Positions 1 to 8,321 of a stretch of 64,000 nucleotides of DNA are shown in pieces. Under the pieces are notes generated by a model that saw only the letters and a list, made by a program, of their open reading frames with translations, did no database searches and was not told the DNA's origin. Source of the DNA: Candidatus Saccharimonadota bacterium (GTDB lineage: Bacteria > Patescibacteriota > Saccharimonadia > Saccharimonadales > OFTM59); NCBI GenBank assembly GCA_029260855.1, contig JAJDCK010000014.1, positions 6,018-70,017 of the forward strand, given 5' to 3'. The translations under genes and the position numbers were made by a program. Position 1 is the stretch's first letter, and every line of letters begins with the position of its first letter.

Positions 1-567
1 GTGTAGTATCCTTCTATTCTCATATCTCTTGCCGGAACAGGTCATGACCAAAAAAGTGTTGGGTAAAAACCTCTGAGTCGCGGCGTATGCTGAGGGTTCG
101 ACTATTTCGTCGTTAACATATTTGAATAGATATGTTTTGCCCTCGCCGGTCTCTATGATAAGCACTTCATTCTCAGCCACACCGCTCAATGGCTTAAAGA
201 CAGACTCAATATTGTGACCGTATACCAGGGGTGTTTTGGCGCTATTCATCCAGAATGCATTTTTTTTGTCTAGTGTCCATTTGCCACTGTTGGTGTCATA
301 AAAGCCTTGCTTAACTTCCTTCTCAAGTTTTAGCCGAGGCAGACTAAGACGCACGGGATCTTCTAGTCGTAGGTCGCTATTCTGTTTTGCGCCCTGCCAG
401 ACCTCGGCTAATCTTTGCGAGTTAATACTTTTCCCCTCAAAGCGTTTATGTGCCGCAGCTAGATCAGGAATTAAAAAATATGCAGACCCGGAAACAAGTA
501 AAAACAGAGCAAATATTGTTATAATACTTGCTCTGTTCTGCCATACTTTGACGCGTAATCTTTTCAT
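1..567 (-). CDS. sortase-family transpeptidase, membrane anchored (C-terminus runs off the left window edge)
   Basis: Own translation of the minus strand from ATG at 565-567. It is absent from the ORF track because there is no stop in the window. Sequence starts MKRLRVKVWQNRASIITIFALFLLVSG (TM anchor), then LVYGHN (sortase His motif) and FLVMTCSG (TLxTC-type catalytic Cys). Confidence 0.75.
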   Translation of the reverse strand, partial: MKRLRVKVWQNRASIITIFALFLLVSGSAYFLIPDLAAAHKRFEGKSINSQRLAEVWQGAKQNSDLRLEDPVRLSLPRLKLEKEVKQGFYDTNSGKWTLDKKNAFWMNSAKTPLVYGHNIESVFKPLSGVAENEVLIIETGEGKTYLFKYVNDEIVEPSAYAATQRFLPNTFLVMTCSGKRYENRRILH

Positions 568-602
568 GTGTATAGCTCGTTTAGTCTAAATAGTAATAGA
601 AA

Positions 603-788
603 CTATCGTGAGACGCGGCGTGCGATCCGAACCGCCAACTGGCTTGTTAAAGCTAGAATGCCGATGGTTATAGCTGAGTAAGCTAGGATAGTACCTAGTG
701 TGTTCCCTGCCGTGTTAGGTAGTAATACTATGCCACTGCCAGCAGTTGTTGTTGCTGCCAAAACTTGTCCTACATCACTTGAATACAT
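603..788 (-). CDS. 61-aa protein consisting essentially of a cell-wall sorting signal (LPNTAG + hydrophobic helix + RIARRVSR tail)
   Basis: ORF track. AAGGAG SD lies 5 nt before the ATG. LPxTG-like motif is followed by a ~25-aa hydrophobic segment and an Arg-rich tail. Located 35 nt upstream of the sortase on the same strand. Confidence 0.7.
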   Translation of the reverse strand: MYSSDVGQVLAATTTAGSGIVLLPNTAGNTLGTILAYSAITIGILALTSQLAVRIARRVSR

Positions 789-803
789 ACCTACTCCTTT
801 TAA

Positions 804-834
804 TAAAAAAGCTCCGCGTGTTAGTGCGCGGAAC
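804..834 (-). terminator. intrinsic terminator-like hairpin directly upstream of the SD of 603..788
   Basis: Minus-strand RNA GUUCCGCG-CACUAACA-CGCGGAGC followed by UUUUUUAUU, then AAGGAG and ATG. Confidence 0.55.
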
Positions 835-1028
835 TCTCTTAATATTGATTTACTTCTGTACTTTATCAGTAAAGCGCGGATAGGTCAACATTATTTTAGA
901 ATAATCAAATTGATGATGGCAGAAATCATTTGTGTAGATTGGCTGGTAGACAGCCCGCCTCTTGCGTGCAGACAATATGCGTACAATCATTAAGCGAGGT
1001 ATTTTAAATAGCAGCCCGAGCTAAGTTA

Positions 1029-1373
1029 TTAATTTGAAATTTCGGCAAAGCGGAAGCGGATAATTGCTTGAAGCATCGGTTCGGGGATGGGGTTGTTCTC
1101 TGTAAACTGTAACGTGCCTTTGCCCGTCCGGAACTCAGCTAGCGGCCCGCCGATTACTTTTATCATTCTATCCGACGCAGGATGTATGCTCATATGATCT
1201 TTGTAGGCGGCGTAGTATATCAATGCTCGCTTGTTGTGCTTGAATGTAGGTATACCGTAGCTTATGACCTCTTCGGCATCTGGGACTAAGTGTTTGACGG
1301 CTTGCCTAATCTTCTCAAGCTCGATTCTTTGTGTCGGGCTAGCTCTATTAAGGTAGTCATCAATATCAGTCAT
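1029..1373 (-). CDS. DUF1801/YdhG-like small protein
   Basis: 114 aa. Recognised pattern DYL...ISYGIPTFK...YYAAYKDHMSIHP typical of the YdhG/DUF1801 family (from memory). Confidence 0.6.
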   Translation of the reverse strand: MTDIDDYLNRASPTQRIELEKIRQAVKHLVPDAEEVISYGIPTFKHNKRALIYYAAYKDHMSIHPASDRMIKVIGGPLAEFRTGKGTLQFTENNPIPEPMLQAIIRFRFAEISN

Positions 1374-1385
1374 CTAGATAGTTTA

Positions 1386-1847
1386 TTATAAATCGGCGAT
1401 TATGATTTTTTTCATATCCATCATCCTCGCAAAAGCGCCGGGCTTTTTGATAAGGTCGTCCATATTCTGGGGTGTTATCTGCCAGCTTAAGCCATACTTG
1501 TCCTTGAGCCAGCCGCATTGTTCGGCCTCTGGTACAGCTGAAAGTTTACCCCATAAATTATCAATTTCAGTTTGATCCTCACAGGCAATCAGAAACGACA
1601 CGGCTTCTGTGAATTTGAACTCCGGCCCGGCGTTGATAGCTGTAAAACGCTGTCCGGCCAGCTCAAAGTCAATTGTCAGCACTTTGCCGGCAAGTTCTTG
1701 TTGAAAATCGGCCAGGCCCTCTTCGGCGCTCTTCGGATAGTGCGTCGTGTCAATAATTTTGCCGTCCGGAAACACCGAAACATAAAAGTCTACGGCTGCC
1801 TGAGCGTTATGATCAAACCATAAATTAGGTGTTATTTTTTGATGCAT
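1386..1847 (-). CDS. VOC-superfamily protein, PhnB/3-demethylubiquinone methyltransferase-like domain
   Basis: 153 aa. ITPNLWFD...AVDFY...FTAINAG..F.F.EAVSF...C..Q.EID..W..L and CGWLKDKYGLSWQI are hallmarks of this family. Confidence 0.7.
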   Translation of the reverse strand: MHQKITPNLWFDHNAQAAVDFYVSVFPDGKIIDTTHYPKSAEEGLADFQQELAGKVLTIDFELAGQRFTAINAGPEFKFTEAVSFLIACEDQTEIDNLWGKLSAVPEAEQCGWLKDKYGLSWQITPQNMDDLIKKPGAFARMMDMKKIIIADL

Positions 1848-1868
1848 GGCGACCCCCGTAATTAATTA

Positions 1869-2069
1869 TTAAAGCCTAGACTGTGGTTTGTCGCTCAGAT
1901 ACTTGCGGGCAACACTAAGGGCAAACGAAGGCAGAATCACAAAAACATCCACCATAAGGAGTTTTGAAAGCAGTGCATTGTCATCGGGTTGCGTAAGAAC
2001 GACTAATATCCCTAAAACACCAAAGATGACGGAAGCACACACAAACACTCGTGTTGCGATTCTTTGCAT
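1869..2069 (-). CDS. small two-helix membrane protein, hypothetical
   Basis: 66 aa with two hydrophobic segments. No SD checked. Confidence 0.4.
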   Translation of the reverse strand: MQRIATRVFVCASVIFGVLGILVVLTQPDDNALLSKLLMVDVFVILPSFALSVARKYLSDKPQSRL

Positions 2070-2109
2070 AGCTTAAGTATATCAAAAGGTAGCAATAATT
2101 TTTGTTGTC

Positions 2110-2361
2110 CTACCTACCGCGATGAGGGCAGCCGGCCCAGCAGCATGGGCGCCGCTTTCCTTCTCGCAGCTCAGTAGCGACTCGCTTGATATGGTTTGCT
2201 CTGGTCTCTTGCTGCTTGACAGAAATAACCCAACAAATCCATTCATTACGCGCCAGTGGTGTTAAGTCTTCCCATCGTTCCAAGCTAGATTGATCAGACT
2301 TGAGGGCTTTTGCCAAATCTGTCGGTACTGCGTGTACTACGCCACCAGTAATTGTCGTCAT
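2110..2361 (-). CDS. YdeI/OmpD-associated (OmdA) family protein
   Basis: C-terminal LTPLARNEWICWV...KQ.ETR..HI.R pattern. Start moved to the internal ATG at 2361, which has TAGAAT 7 nt upstream. Confidence 0.6.
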   Translation of the reverse strand: MTTITGGVVHAVPTDLAKALKSDQSSLERWEDLTPLARNEWICWVISVKQQETRANHIKRVATELREGKRRPCCWAGCPHRGR

Positions 2362-2524
2362 ATGATCTATTCTACAACAAATCGCTGCAGAGGTATGATG
2401 ACCGAAAGACTTTTCGCGGTTAATACCAGACGTACAGTTGCCCACTATACGGCAGGCAATACCTTCACCAAACTATCTACATATTTCGCGTGCACACACC
2501 TGTGTTAAAATCAAAGTTAGTTTT

Positions 2525-2878
2525 ATGGCAAAACCTCGGATCTACACCACAAGCTTCGCAAGTGTCTACCCGTATTATGTTGCAAAGGTGGTAAAAAAGG
2601 GGCGCACAAAACAAGACTTGGATGAAATTATCCGCTGGCTAAGTGGCTATAGCCAGAAGGAGCTAGAAGCGCAACAAAAAAAGCAAACGGATTTTGAAAC
2701 CTTTTTTTCGGAAGCCCCAAAAATGAACCCTTCACGAGCCTTGATTACGGGTGTCATCTGCGGAGTCCGAGTTGAAGAGATCAACGAACCAACGATGCGC
2801 GAAATTCGGTACCTGGACAAACTGGTTGACGAGCTGGCACGAGGAAAAGCCATGACGAAAATTTTGCGCAAGCGATAA
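2525..2878 (+). CDS. DUF2200-like protein
   Basis: [38 protein letters not shown] pattern. Start at the internal ATG at 2525. Confidence 0.6.
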   Translation: MAKPRIYTTSFASVYPYYVAKVVKKGRTKQDLDEIIRWLSGYSQKELEAQQKKQTDFETFFSEAPKMNPSRALITGVICGVRVEEINEPTMREIRYLDKLVDELARGKAMTKILRKR

Positions 2879-2981
2879 ACCGAGCTCTCAGCCGGGTTGG
2901 GTCTGGTGAACCCGTTCGTAAGAAAACACTTCGCTAAAATTATGATTCTGGCCGTGTACGATAAGGCTAAAGTAAACTGGG

Positions 2982-3407
2982 CTACTTCTTTAATTGCATG
3001 TGCGCTTTATCGACCAGCTTAAGTAGCTCGTCGATATTGACGTCAGATAACTTCTTAAAGCTGATACTAGAGCTGCCCAATTTCACCTTGCCGAGTAAGG
3101 CTCCATATTTCTTAACAAGGTATTGACCATCTTCGCTCGCGCTTATATAAACACTAATATAATTTTTTTGTAACGTCAGGCCGACAGCAAACCATTCGAC
3201 CACCTTTTTGTCTGAACGAACATAGACAAGATCGCCAAAGCCAATTATTGACTGTTTGCTACCGCCCCAGAATACGCCCTCCCAGAGCTTCGGGGTAACA
3301 CTGGGCATGTGCTTAGAAATCTGATCATATAGATTGCCAACATCGGCGCGAGCAATGTCATCAAGCGAGGCAAGATAATCAGTGACGGTGCGATCTGTAA
3401 CATTCAT
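2982..3407 (-). CDS. DUF1801 domain protein
   Basis: 141 aa. TDYL...IGFG...Y...W..VGL...NYISVY pattern. TATAAT lies 6 nt upstream of the ATG. Confidence 0.55.
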   Translation of the reverse strand: MNVTDRTVTDYLASLDDIARADVGNLYDQISKHMPSVTPKLWEGVFWGGSKQSIIGFGDLVYVRSDKKVVEWFAVGLTLQKNYISVYISASEDGQYLVKKYGALLGKVKLGSSSISFKKLSDVNIDELLKLVDKAHMQLKK

Positions 3408-3525
3408 AATTTTATTATAGCTTATACAGCAAGTGATGTTGTCAGTACTCGTGCCTCACAACGCAGCATTTGTCCCCCGTTGATTGTCCGATCAGACGGT
3501 CGGGTAATAATGAAGGATTCTTTTG

Positions 3526-3942
3526 CTAAGACTCTGGGCTGAAGTCGGGGTTCATCCACACCGGTTCCCACTGGTTGCCGTCGGGGTCAAGCACTTCGTA
3601 TCCGAACATCATTTCTTCGGGCACGCTATAGTCAGCTTTGAAATAATCTCCACCGTTTTGTTTTGCGGTATCGGCGAAGTTTTGAACCTCTTCTTTTGAG
3701 TCGAGCGTTAAGGCTAGTAAGACTGCGCTAGTTTGGACGGTGTCGCTAATGTCCTTCCCTTTCAAAAAATTTTTGTAAAAGTCGTGTTTTAGTAACATTA
3801 CTACTATTTCATTTGACCACATCAACGCGCTGGCATTTTCGTCAGAAAAATCGGAATTTTTTGTAAAACCTAGAGCTGAATAAAACTTAGTTGACTTGTC
3901 CAGATTCTTTACCGGCAAGTTAATATAAATCTGCTTTGACAT
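3526..3942 (-). CDS. VOC/glyoxalase-bleomycin-resistance family protein
   Basis: 138 aa. INLPVKNLDKS..FY..LGF... and ...GY.V.DPDGN.WE are typical. AAGGAG SD present. Confidence 0.7.
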   Translation of the reverse strand: MSKQIYINLPVKNLDKSTKFYSALGFTKNSDFSDENASALMWSNEIVVMLLKHDFYKNFLKGKDISDTVQTSAVLLALTLDSKEEVQNFADTAKQNGGDYFKADYSVPEEMMFGYEVLDPDGNQWEPVWMNPDFSPES

Positions 3943-3995
3943 AACCCACTCCTTAATTACGAAGGTATTATCTCACACCCAGTAATTCATTTCTG

Positions 3996-4760
3996 CTAAA
4001 CGAGCGTAGCAGCAAATATTTGCCAGGCAAGCAAGGACTTAGCCACAAAACTCAGGATGATATAGGCTTTCTCGCCCCTTAGATAATTAGCCCATTTGCC
4101 TTTTGCTCTATATTGCTTGTATTGAACAAGGGCGAAACAATTAAAAAACACAAACAATGAAACAACAATGCCGTATACGAACCCCGGTGCGGAGGCCCCC
4201 GCAGGGCCACTTGGTGTCAGTAGCTGAATCAAGATGATGATCCAGGGGATGCTCCCTGCAATACAGCCAAATATAAACGGTAGCCATTGGCCGTCGCCGG
4301 GCTGCGCGTACTTTTCCTGAAGCCAGCCAAATAAGATCATTGATACATTAACGCCAAATATCGCCAACAAAGCAGCATAATCGCTTATACCATTCAGCTG
4401 CGCGATCAGGAAAATCATAACCGAAGAACTAAGCGAATACTCTACCCAGCGGAATACATTACGACTATGCTTTAAGCCTGTGGAATATTTAGGAAAGAAT
4501 TTTTTTGACGACACAAGAAAATGGAAAAACGCCGATAGCCCCAAAAACAAAGCTATTGTGTAGCTAACATTATTGCTAAAAAGCAATATTGGGCTTGTAA
4601 AAGTTGAACCCGGAGGGCCCGTCATATATGTTGCAGTAACCGGCAGTGCGAAATTGTTAGAAAGTGCCAAAACTGCAACCAACGATGCTAGGTGTAATAA
4701 CCCTGCTGAGATGTTCCACATCTTCAACGGTTGAATGTGTGAACTGGTCAGTTTACTCAT
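3996..4760 (-). CDS. heliorhodopsin
   Basis: 254 aa, 7 TM. Collinear with the heliorhodopsin sequence as I recall it (48C12): GPPG, FLGLSAFFHF, RWVEYSLSSSVMI, FGWLQEKY, PGFVYG, FALVQY, NYLRGEKAYI, SFVAKSLLAWQIF (Schiff-base Lys). Start set at the ATG at 4760 (MSKLTSS). Confidence 0.9.
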   Translation of the reverse strand: MSKLTSSHIQPLKMWNISAGLLHLASLVAVLALSNNFALPVTATYMTGPPGSTFTSPILLFSNNVSYTIALFLGLSAFFHFLVSSKKFFPKYSTGLKHSRNVFRWVEYSLSSSVMIFLIAQLNGISDYAALLAIFGVNVSMILFGWLQEKYAQPGDGQWLPFIFGCIAGSIPWIIILIQLLTPSGPAGASAPGFVYGIVVSLFVFFNCFALVQYKQYRAKGKWANYLRGEKAYIILSFVAKSLLAWQIFAATLV

Positions 4761-5014
4761 TCTTGAATAATAGCACAAAGCGGCCATAAGCGGGGTTAAG
4801 TACGCTATTGGCTCCTAGTTGAGAGCTACATTTTCCGCAACAGACGCTAAGAGCATGGGTCAGCCAAACTTCGGCCCTTAGTGCAAAGCCCGCTAAGTTA
4901 TTTTTGTTCCGCACAAAACAACCTTGCTGTTCAAAAGAGAGAGCTAGTATAATATGTAAATTATAATATATATGTATAAGGCTTTTTGACCCTACAATAC
5001 TTACACCGGAGGCT

Positions 5015-5695
5015 TTGGCAGCGCAGCTTGAAACAATGCATGCGCAGCAAGCGACACTCATCGGTTCACTCGGGAGAGCGGTACTCTACCATTTGCACGC
5101 AGCGGATCCAGAACACAAGTTTGGTATTCTAGGTCAACGAGCAGAACGAGCAGGCGCTAAGGCCCGCGACATAGACTTCTTAGGCACGCCAGAAGAAGCC
5201 GGGCAATATACGGGGGAGGCATTTGATGTGGATCCTTGTGTACATGATGAATTTGTTCAGCTAGTAAGAGATCGTGGCGACTGGCTGCTAACCTCGCCAA
5301 GAAAAGGATTTTGTGAACCTATTAGACCAGAGGTTATGGAGCCAATAAGTGGGGAGACAGTCCTCGGCGTCTCCGCTCAGACACTCCCACCTCAAACCCA
5401 TATTGCCTTATATGGCTTAAAAGGTTTGTTACGGCCAAAGGACAGGCTTACCTTGGTGCCGTTACAGGAGCTTGTGTCTCAACTCAATTCACAGGATCGT
5501 CTCCCAGAGGATATGTTTCAGCCCTTTCAGTCGTTGCGCAGGCTGAATCAACAGGATCCATATATTCGGTTACTAAGGGCATATACTGCAGTAGTCCCAG
5601 ACTTTGTTAGGGCACGAGTCCACCCGCTTGAAAGAGCTCTAAAGGGGCTATTGTTGCCTGCGCTGACAAAGAAAAACCCTAATGCGGTGTTTTGA
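5015..5695 (+). CDS. hypothetical protein (start uncertain: TTG 5015 or ATG 5036)
   Basis: Long ORF with ordinary composition. No recognisable motifs. GGAGG at 5009-5013 is too close to the TTG. Confidence 0.5.
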   Translation: MAAQLETMHAQQATLIGSLGRAVLYHLHAADPEHKFGILGQRAERAGAKARDIDFLGTPEEAGQYTGEAFDVDPCVHDEFVQLVRDRGDWLLTSPRKGFCEPIRPEVMEPISGETVLGVSAQTLPPQTHIALYGLKGLLRPKDRLTLVPLQELVSQLNSQDRLPEDMFQPFQSLRRLNQQDPYIRLLRAYTAVVPDFVRARVHPLERALKGLLLPALTKKNPNAVF

Positions 5696-5964
5696 CAGCT
5701 AAACTATCTCAGTGTCGCTGTCACACTCACCCAATAGTCTTCCTAGGCGTAGGCGGACCGACCTTATTCTTTCAGACCATCAACTTATCCGGGCTACTGG
5801 TATCGTTATCGCTCGGGTTTACACTCAGCATTCTCTCAAGTTGGGTATGTATCTTTAGTGGTGCTGCAAGACGATTTTATCCGATCGATGCACACAGGCA
5901 CACTAAAGCGCAAAAAGTGTACGGAATCGTAAAGCGGCAGTAATAACTAACAATAGGAGCAGTA

Positions 5965-6492
5965 ATGAAAATACCAATTAAAAAATCACTAATGGTGGCC
6001 GGCGCGGTGTCGGCGCTATCTTTAGGGTCAGTTGCAGGAGTGTCGGCTGCATCGGTGCAGGCTGACGGCGGTAACCGCACAGCAGCTTTGATAGAAAAAA
6101 TTTCATCGAAGTTTAATGTCAATCAAGATGAGGTGAAAGCTGTATTTGATGAACAGCGTGAGGAGAACCAGGCAGCAAGAGATGCGGAACTGAGCACGAA
6201 GCTTGATCAGCTTGTCAGTGAGGGCAAGCTAACGGCTGAGCAAAAGGATGCTATCAGCGAGAAACGAGTAGAGCTAATGGCTGAGCGTGAAGCAAATAAA
6301 GAATCTGGTCAAGATAAGACTGATGAAGCGCGAAAAGCCGAGCATGAAATAAAGAAAGCGGGGCTTGAAACATGGGCCGAAGAAAATGGAATAGATAAAG
6401 AATATCTAGGATTGATTTCAGGTCATGGGGATAGAGGTTTCAGACCCCATCGAGGAGATAAAGGGATGGAACCTAGCCAAGAAGAAAGCTAG
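5965..6492 (+). CDS. secreted coiled-coil/charged protein
   Basis: AGGAG SD. Signal peptide MKIPIKKSLMVAGAVSALSLGSVAGVSAASVQA. Rest is E/K-rich. Confidence 0.7.
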   Translation: MKIPIKKSLMVAGAVSALSLGSVAGVSAASVQADGGNRTAALIEKISSKFNVNQDEVKAVFDEQREENQAARDAELSTKLDQLVSEGKLTAEQKDAISEKRVELMAEREANKESGQDKTDEARKAEHEIKKAGLETWAEENGIDKEYLGLISGHGDRGFRPHRGDKGMEPSQEES

Positions 6493-6515
6493 ACATAGCT
6501 TTCCCTAGAAATCTC

Positions 6516-6547
6516 AAGCTGCCACATGCTAAGTGTGGCAGCTTTTC
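6516..6547 (+). terminator. intrinsic terminator
   Basis: AAGCTGCCACA-tgctaag-TGTGGCAGCTT followed by TTTT. Confidence 0.75.
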
Positions 6548-6583
6548 GGTGTTTAAGCTAAATCTCAGTAATTACAAGGTAAA

Positions 6584-7273
6584 ATGAGTGTAATGAGAAT
6601 ATTGGTCGTAGAAGATGAAAAGAAAATTGCAGATGCCCTCAAGCGTGGCTTGGAGAGGCAGTCATTCGCCGTCGACGTCTGCTATGACGGAGATTCAGGC
6701 CTGAGTATGGCGCTGTCTGAGCCGTATGACCTGATGATCCTCGACAGAATGATGCCAGGAGAAGTTGACGGAACAGGAATTTTGAAAGAAGTCCGCAAGA
6801 ATAATATGCACGTCCCGGTGCTTCTACTGACCGCAAAAGATAAAGTTTTGGATAAAGCCGAAGGTCTTAATCTAGGCTCTGATGATTATCTTGTGAAACC
6901 GTTTGCGTTCGCGGAGTTAATCGCCAGAGTTCGGGCTTTGCTCCGCAGACCACAGCGTAGTGTCGGTACGAAGCTGGAGTACGGAGGCTTGGTAGTCGAT
7001 ACAAGCCAGAGTTCGGTTATGCGAAACGGCCAAATTATCGATCTGACCGCAAAAGAGTTTGCGTTACTGGAATATTTTATGAGAAACCCTGATCGAATAC
7101 TGTCAAAAGATACCCTGGTAGCTCAAGTATGGGATTATGATGCTGATATATTACCGAATACCGTAGAGGTCTACATGGGGTACCTTCGCAGCAAGGTCGA
7201 TAAGCCGTTTGGATCGCAAAACCTGATTCACACCAAGCGTGGTTTTGGATATTATTTTGGATACGTGAAGTGA
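6584..7273 (+). CDS. OmpR-family response regulator
   Basis: MRILVVEDE receiver domain plus winged-helix C-terminus (LT.KEF.LLEY...R.GFGY). Confidence 0.9.
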   Translation: MSVMRILVVEDEKKIADALKRGLERQSFAVDVCYDGDSGLSMALSEPYDLMILDRMMPGEVDGTGILKEVRKNNMHVPVLLLTAKDKVLDKAEGLNLGSDDYLVKPFAFAELIARVRALLRRPQRSVGTKLEYGGLVVDTSQSSVMRNGQIIDLTAKEFALLEYFMRNPDRILSKDTLVAQVWDYDADILPNTVEVYMGYLRSKVDKPFGSQNLIHTKRGFGYYFGYVK

Positions 7274-8289
7274 AATTACACAAAAATTCATTAAAGCTGT
7301 CCCTGGTCTATGTTTCGATTATTATGTTTATTAGTTTATTTTTTAGCATATCGCTCTATCGGTTGTCTATAAATGGTCTAGATCGAGGCCTTCGAAGGTC
7401 GCCTGGCGTCCCCCAGGGTATCAGAAGTCAATTGCCGCAAGAAATCCAAGCCGGGCTTGTCAGCGATCGTGAGCAGGCCTTTGAAGAAGCTCGACAGAAT
7501 ATCCTGTCGCAACTTGTTTCAATCAATTTGATGATTCTAGTGTCTGGCAGCCTATTTAGCTATTATTTGGCACTTCGCACGCTCCGTCCGATTGAAAATG
7601 CCAATCAGAATCTTGAGAATTTTACTGCTGATGCGAGCCATGAGCTGCGCACCCCCCTTGCATCGATGAGGTCCGAGATAGAAGTGGCGCTAAGCGATAG
7701 AAAGTTAAGCTTACCAGAAGCCAAATCATTGTTGTCTAGCAATCTAGAAGAAGTTGAAAAGCTAACAAATCTAACACAAGGTTTGCTGCGCCTAGCCCGG
7801 CTCAAACATAACGAAATTCCGATGGAAGACACATCGATCAGCGAACTTATAGATTCTTCAACCAAGGCCATTGAGAAGTCTGCCAAAGCTAAAAAAATTA
7901 AGCTTGAGATCAAAGCTACTTCAGGCTATGTGTCTTGCGAAAAGTCGAGTATTATTGAAGCTATCATGGCCTTGCTCGACAACGCAGTAAAGCATAGTCC
8001 TGTAGGCTCGCCAGTGGGGGTTGTTGCCACGAAGTCCGGGAGCTCACTGGAGATCGGAATAACAGACAATGGCCCGGGTATACGCCCGTCCGAAATACCA
8101 CATATTTTTGATCGCTTTTACCGATCTGATTTATCAAGGTCAAAAGCAGCAGATGACGGCTACGGTCTAGGGCTAGCTATTGCTAAAGACACAGTAGATG
8201 CTCATGGAGCTAGTCTTTCTGTCCAAAGTGAAGTCGGCAAAGGCAGCACCTTTAAAATAACCTTTCCCAAAAACATGATGAAGTTTTGA
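7270..8289 (+). CDS. sensor histidine kinase (HisKA + HATPase_c)
   Basis: 4-nt overlap with the RR. Two N-terminal TM segments. H-box FTADASHELRTPL, N-box LLDNAVKHSP, G-boxes DNGPGI and GYGLGLAI. Confidence 0.9.
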   Translation: MKLHKNSLKLSLVYVSIIMFISLFFSISLYRLSINGLDRGLRRSPGVPQGIRSQLPQEIQAGLVSDREQAFEEARQNILSQLVSINLMILVSGSLFSYYLALRTLRPIENANQNLENFTADASHELRTPLASMRSEIEVALSDRKLSLPEAKSLLSSNLEEVEKLTNLTQGLLRLARLKHNEIPMEDTSISELIDSSTKAIEKSAKAKKIKLEIKATSGYVSCEKSSIIEAIMALLDNAVKHSPVGSPVGVVATKSGSSLEIGITDNGPGIRPSEIPHIFDRFYRSDLSRSKAADDGYGLGLAIAKDTVDAHGASLSVQSEVGKGSTFKITFPKNMMKF

Positions 8290-8321
8290 TTACTACCGCC
8301 CGCCCCAAAAATTAGAGAATT

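Noticed and set aside
700-993. Plus-strand 97-aa ORF overlapping the sorting-signal micro-ORF.
   Set aside because: It is antisense to a gene with a strong SD and a recognisable sorting signal, and its own translation has no features.
5692-5943. 83-aa ORF (and the antisense 5877..6122) in the 270-bp gap before the secreted-protein gene.
   Set aside because: There is no SD or promoter and the Cys/His-rich composition is odd. The gap is treated as non-coding of unknown function.
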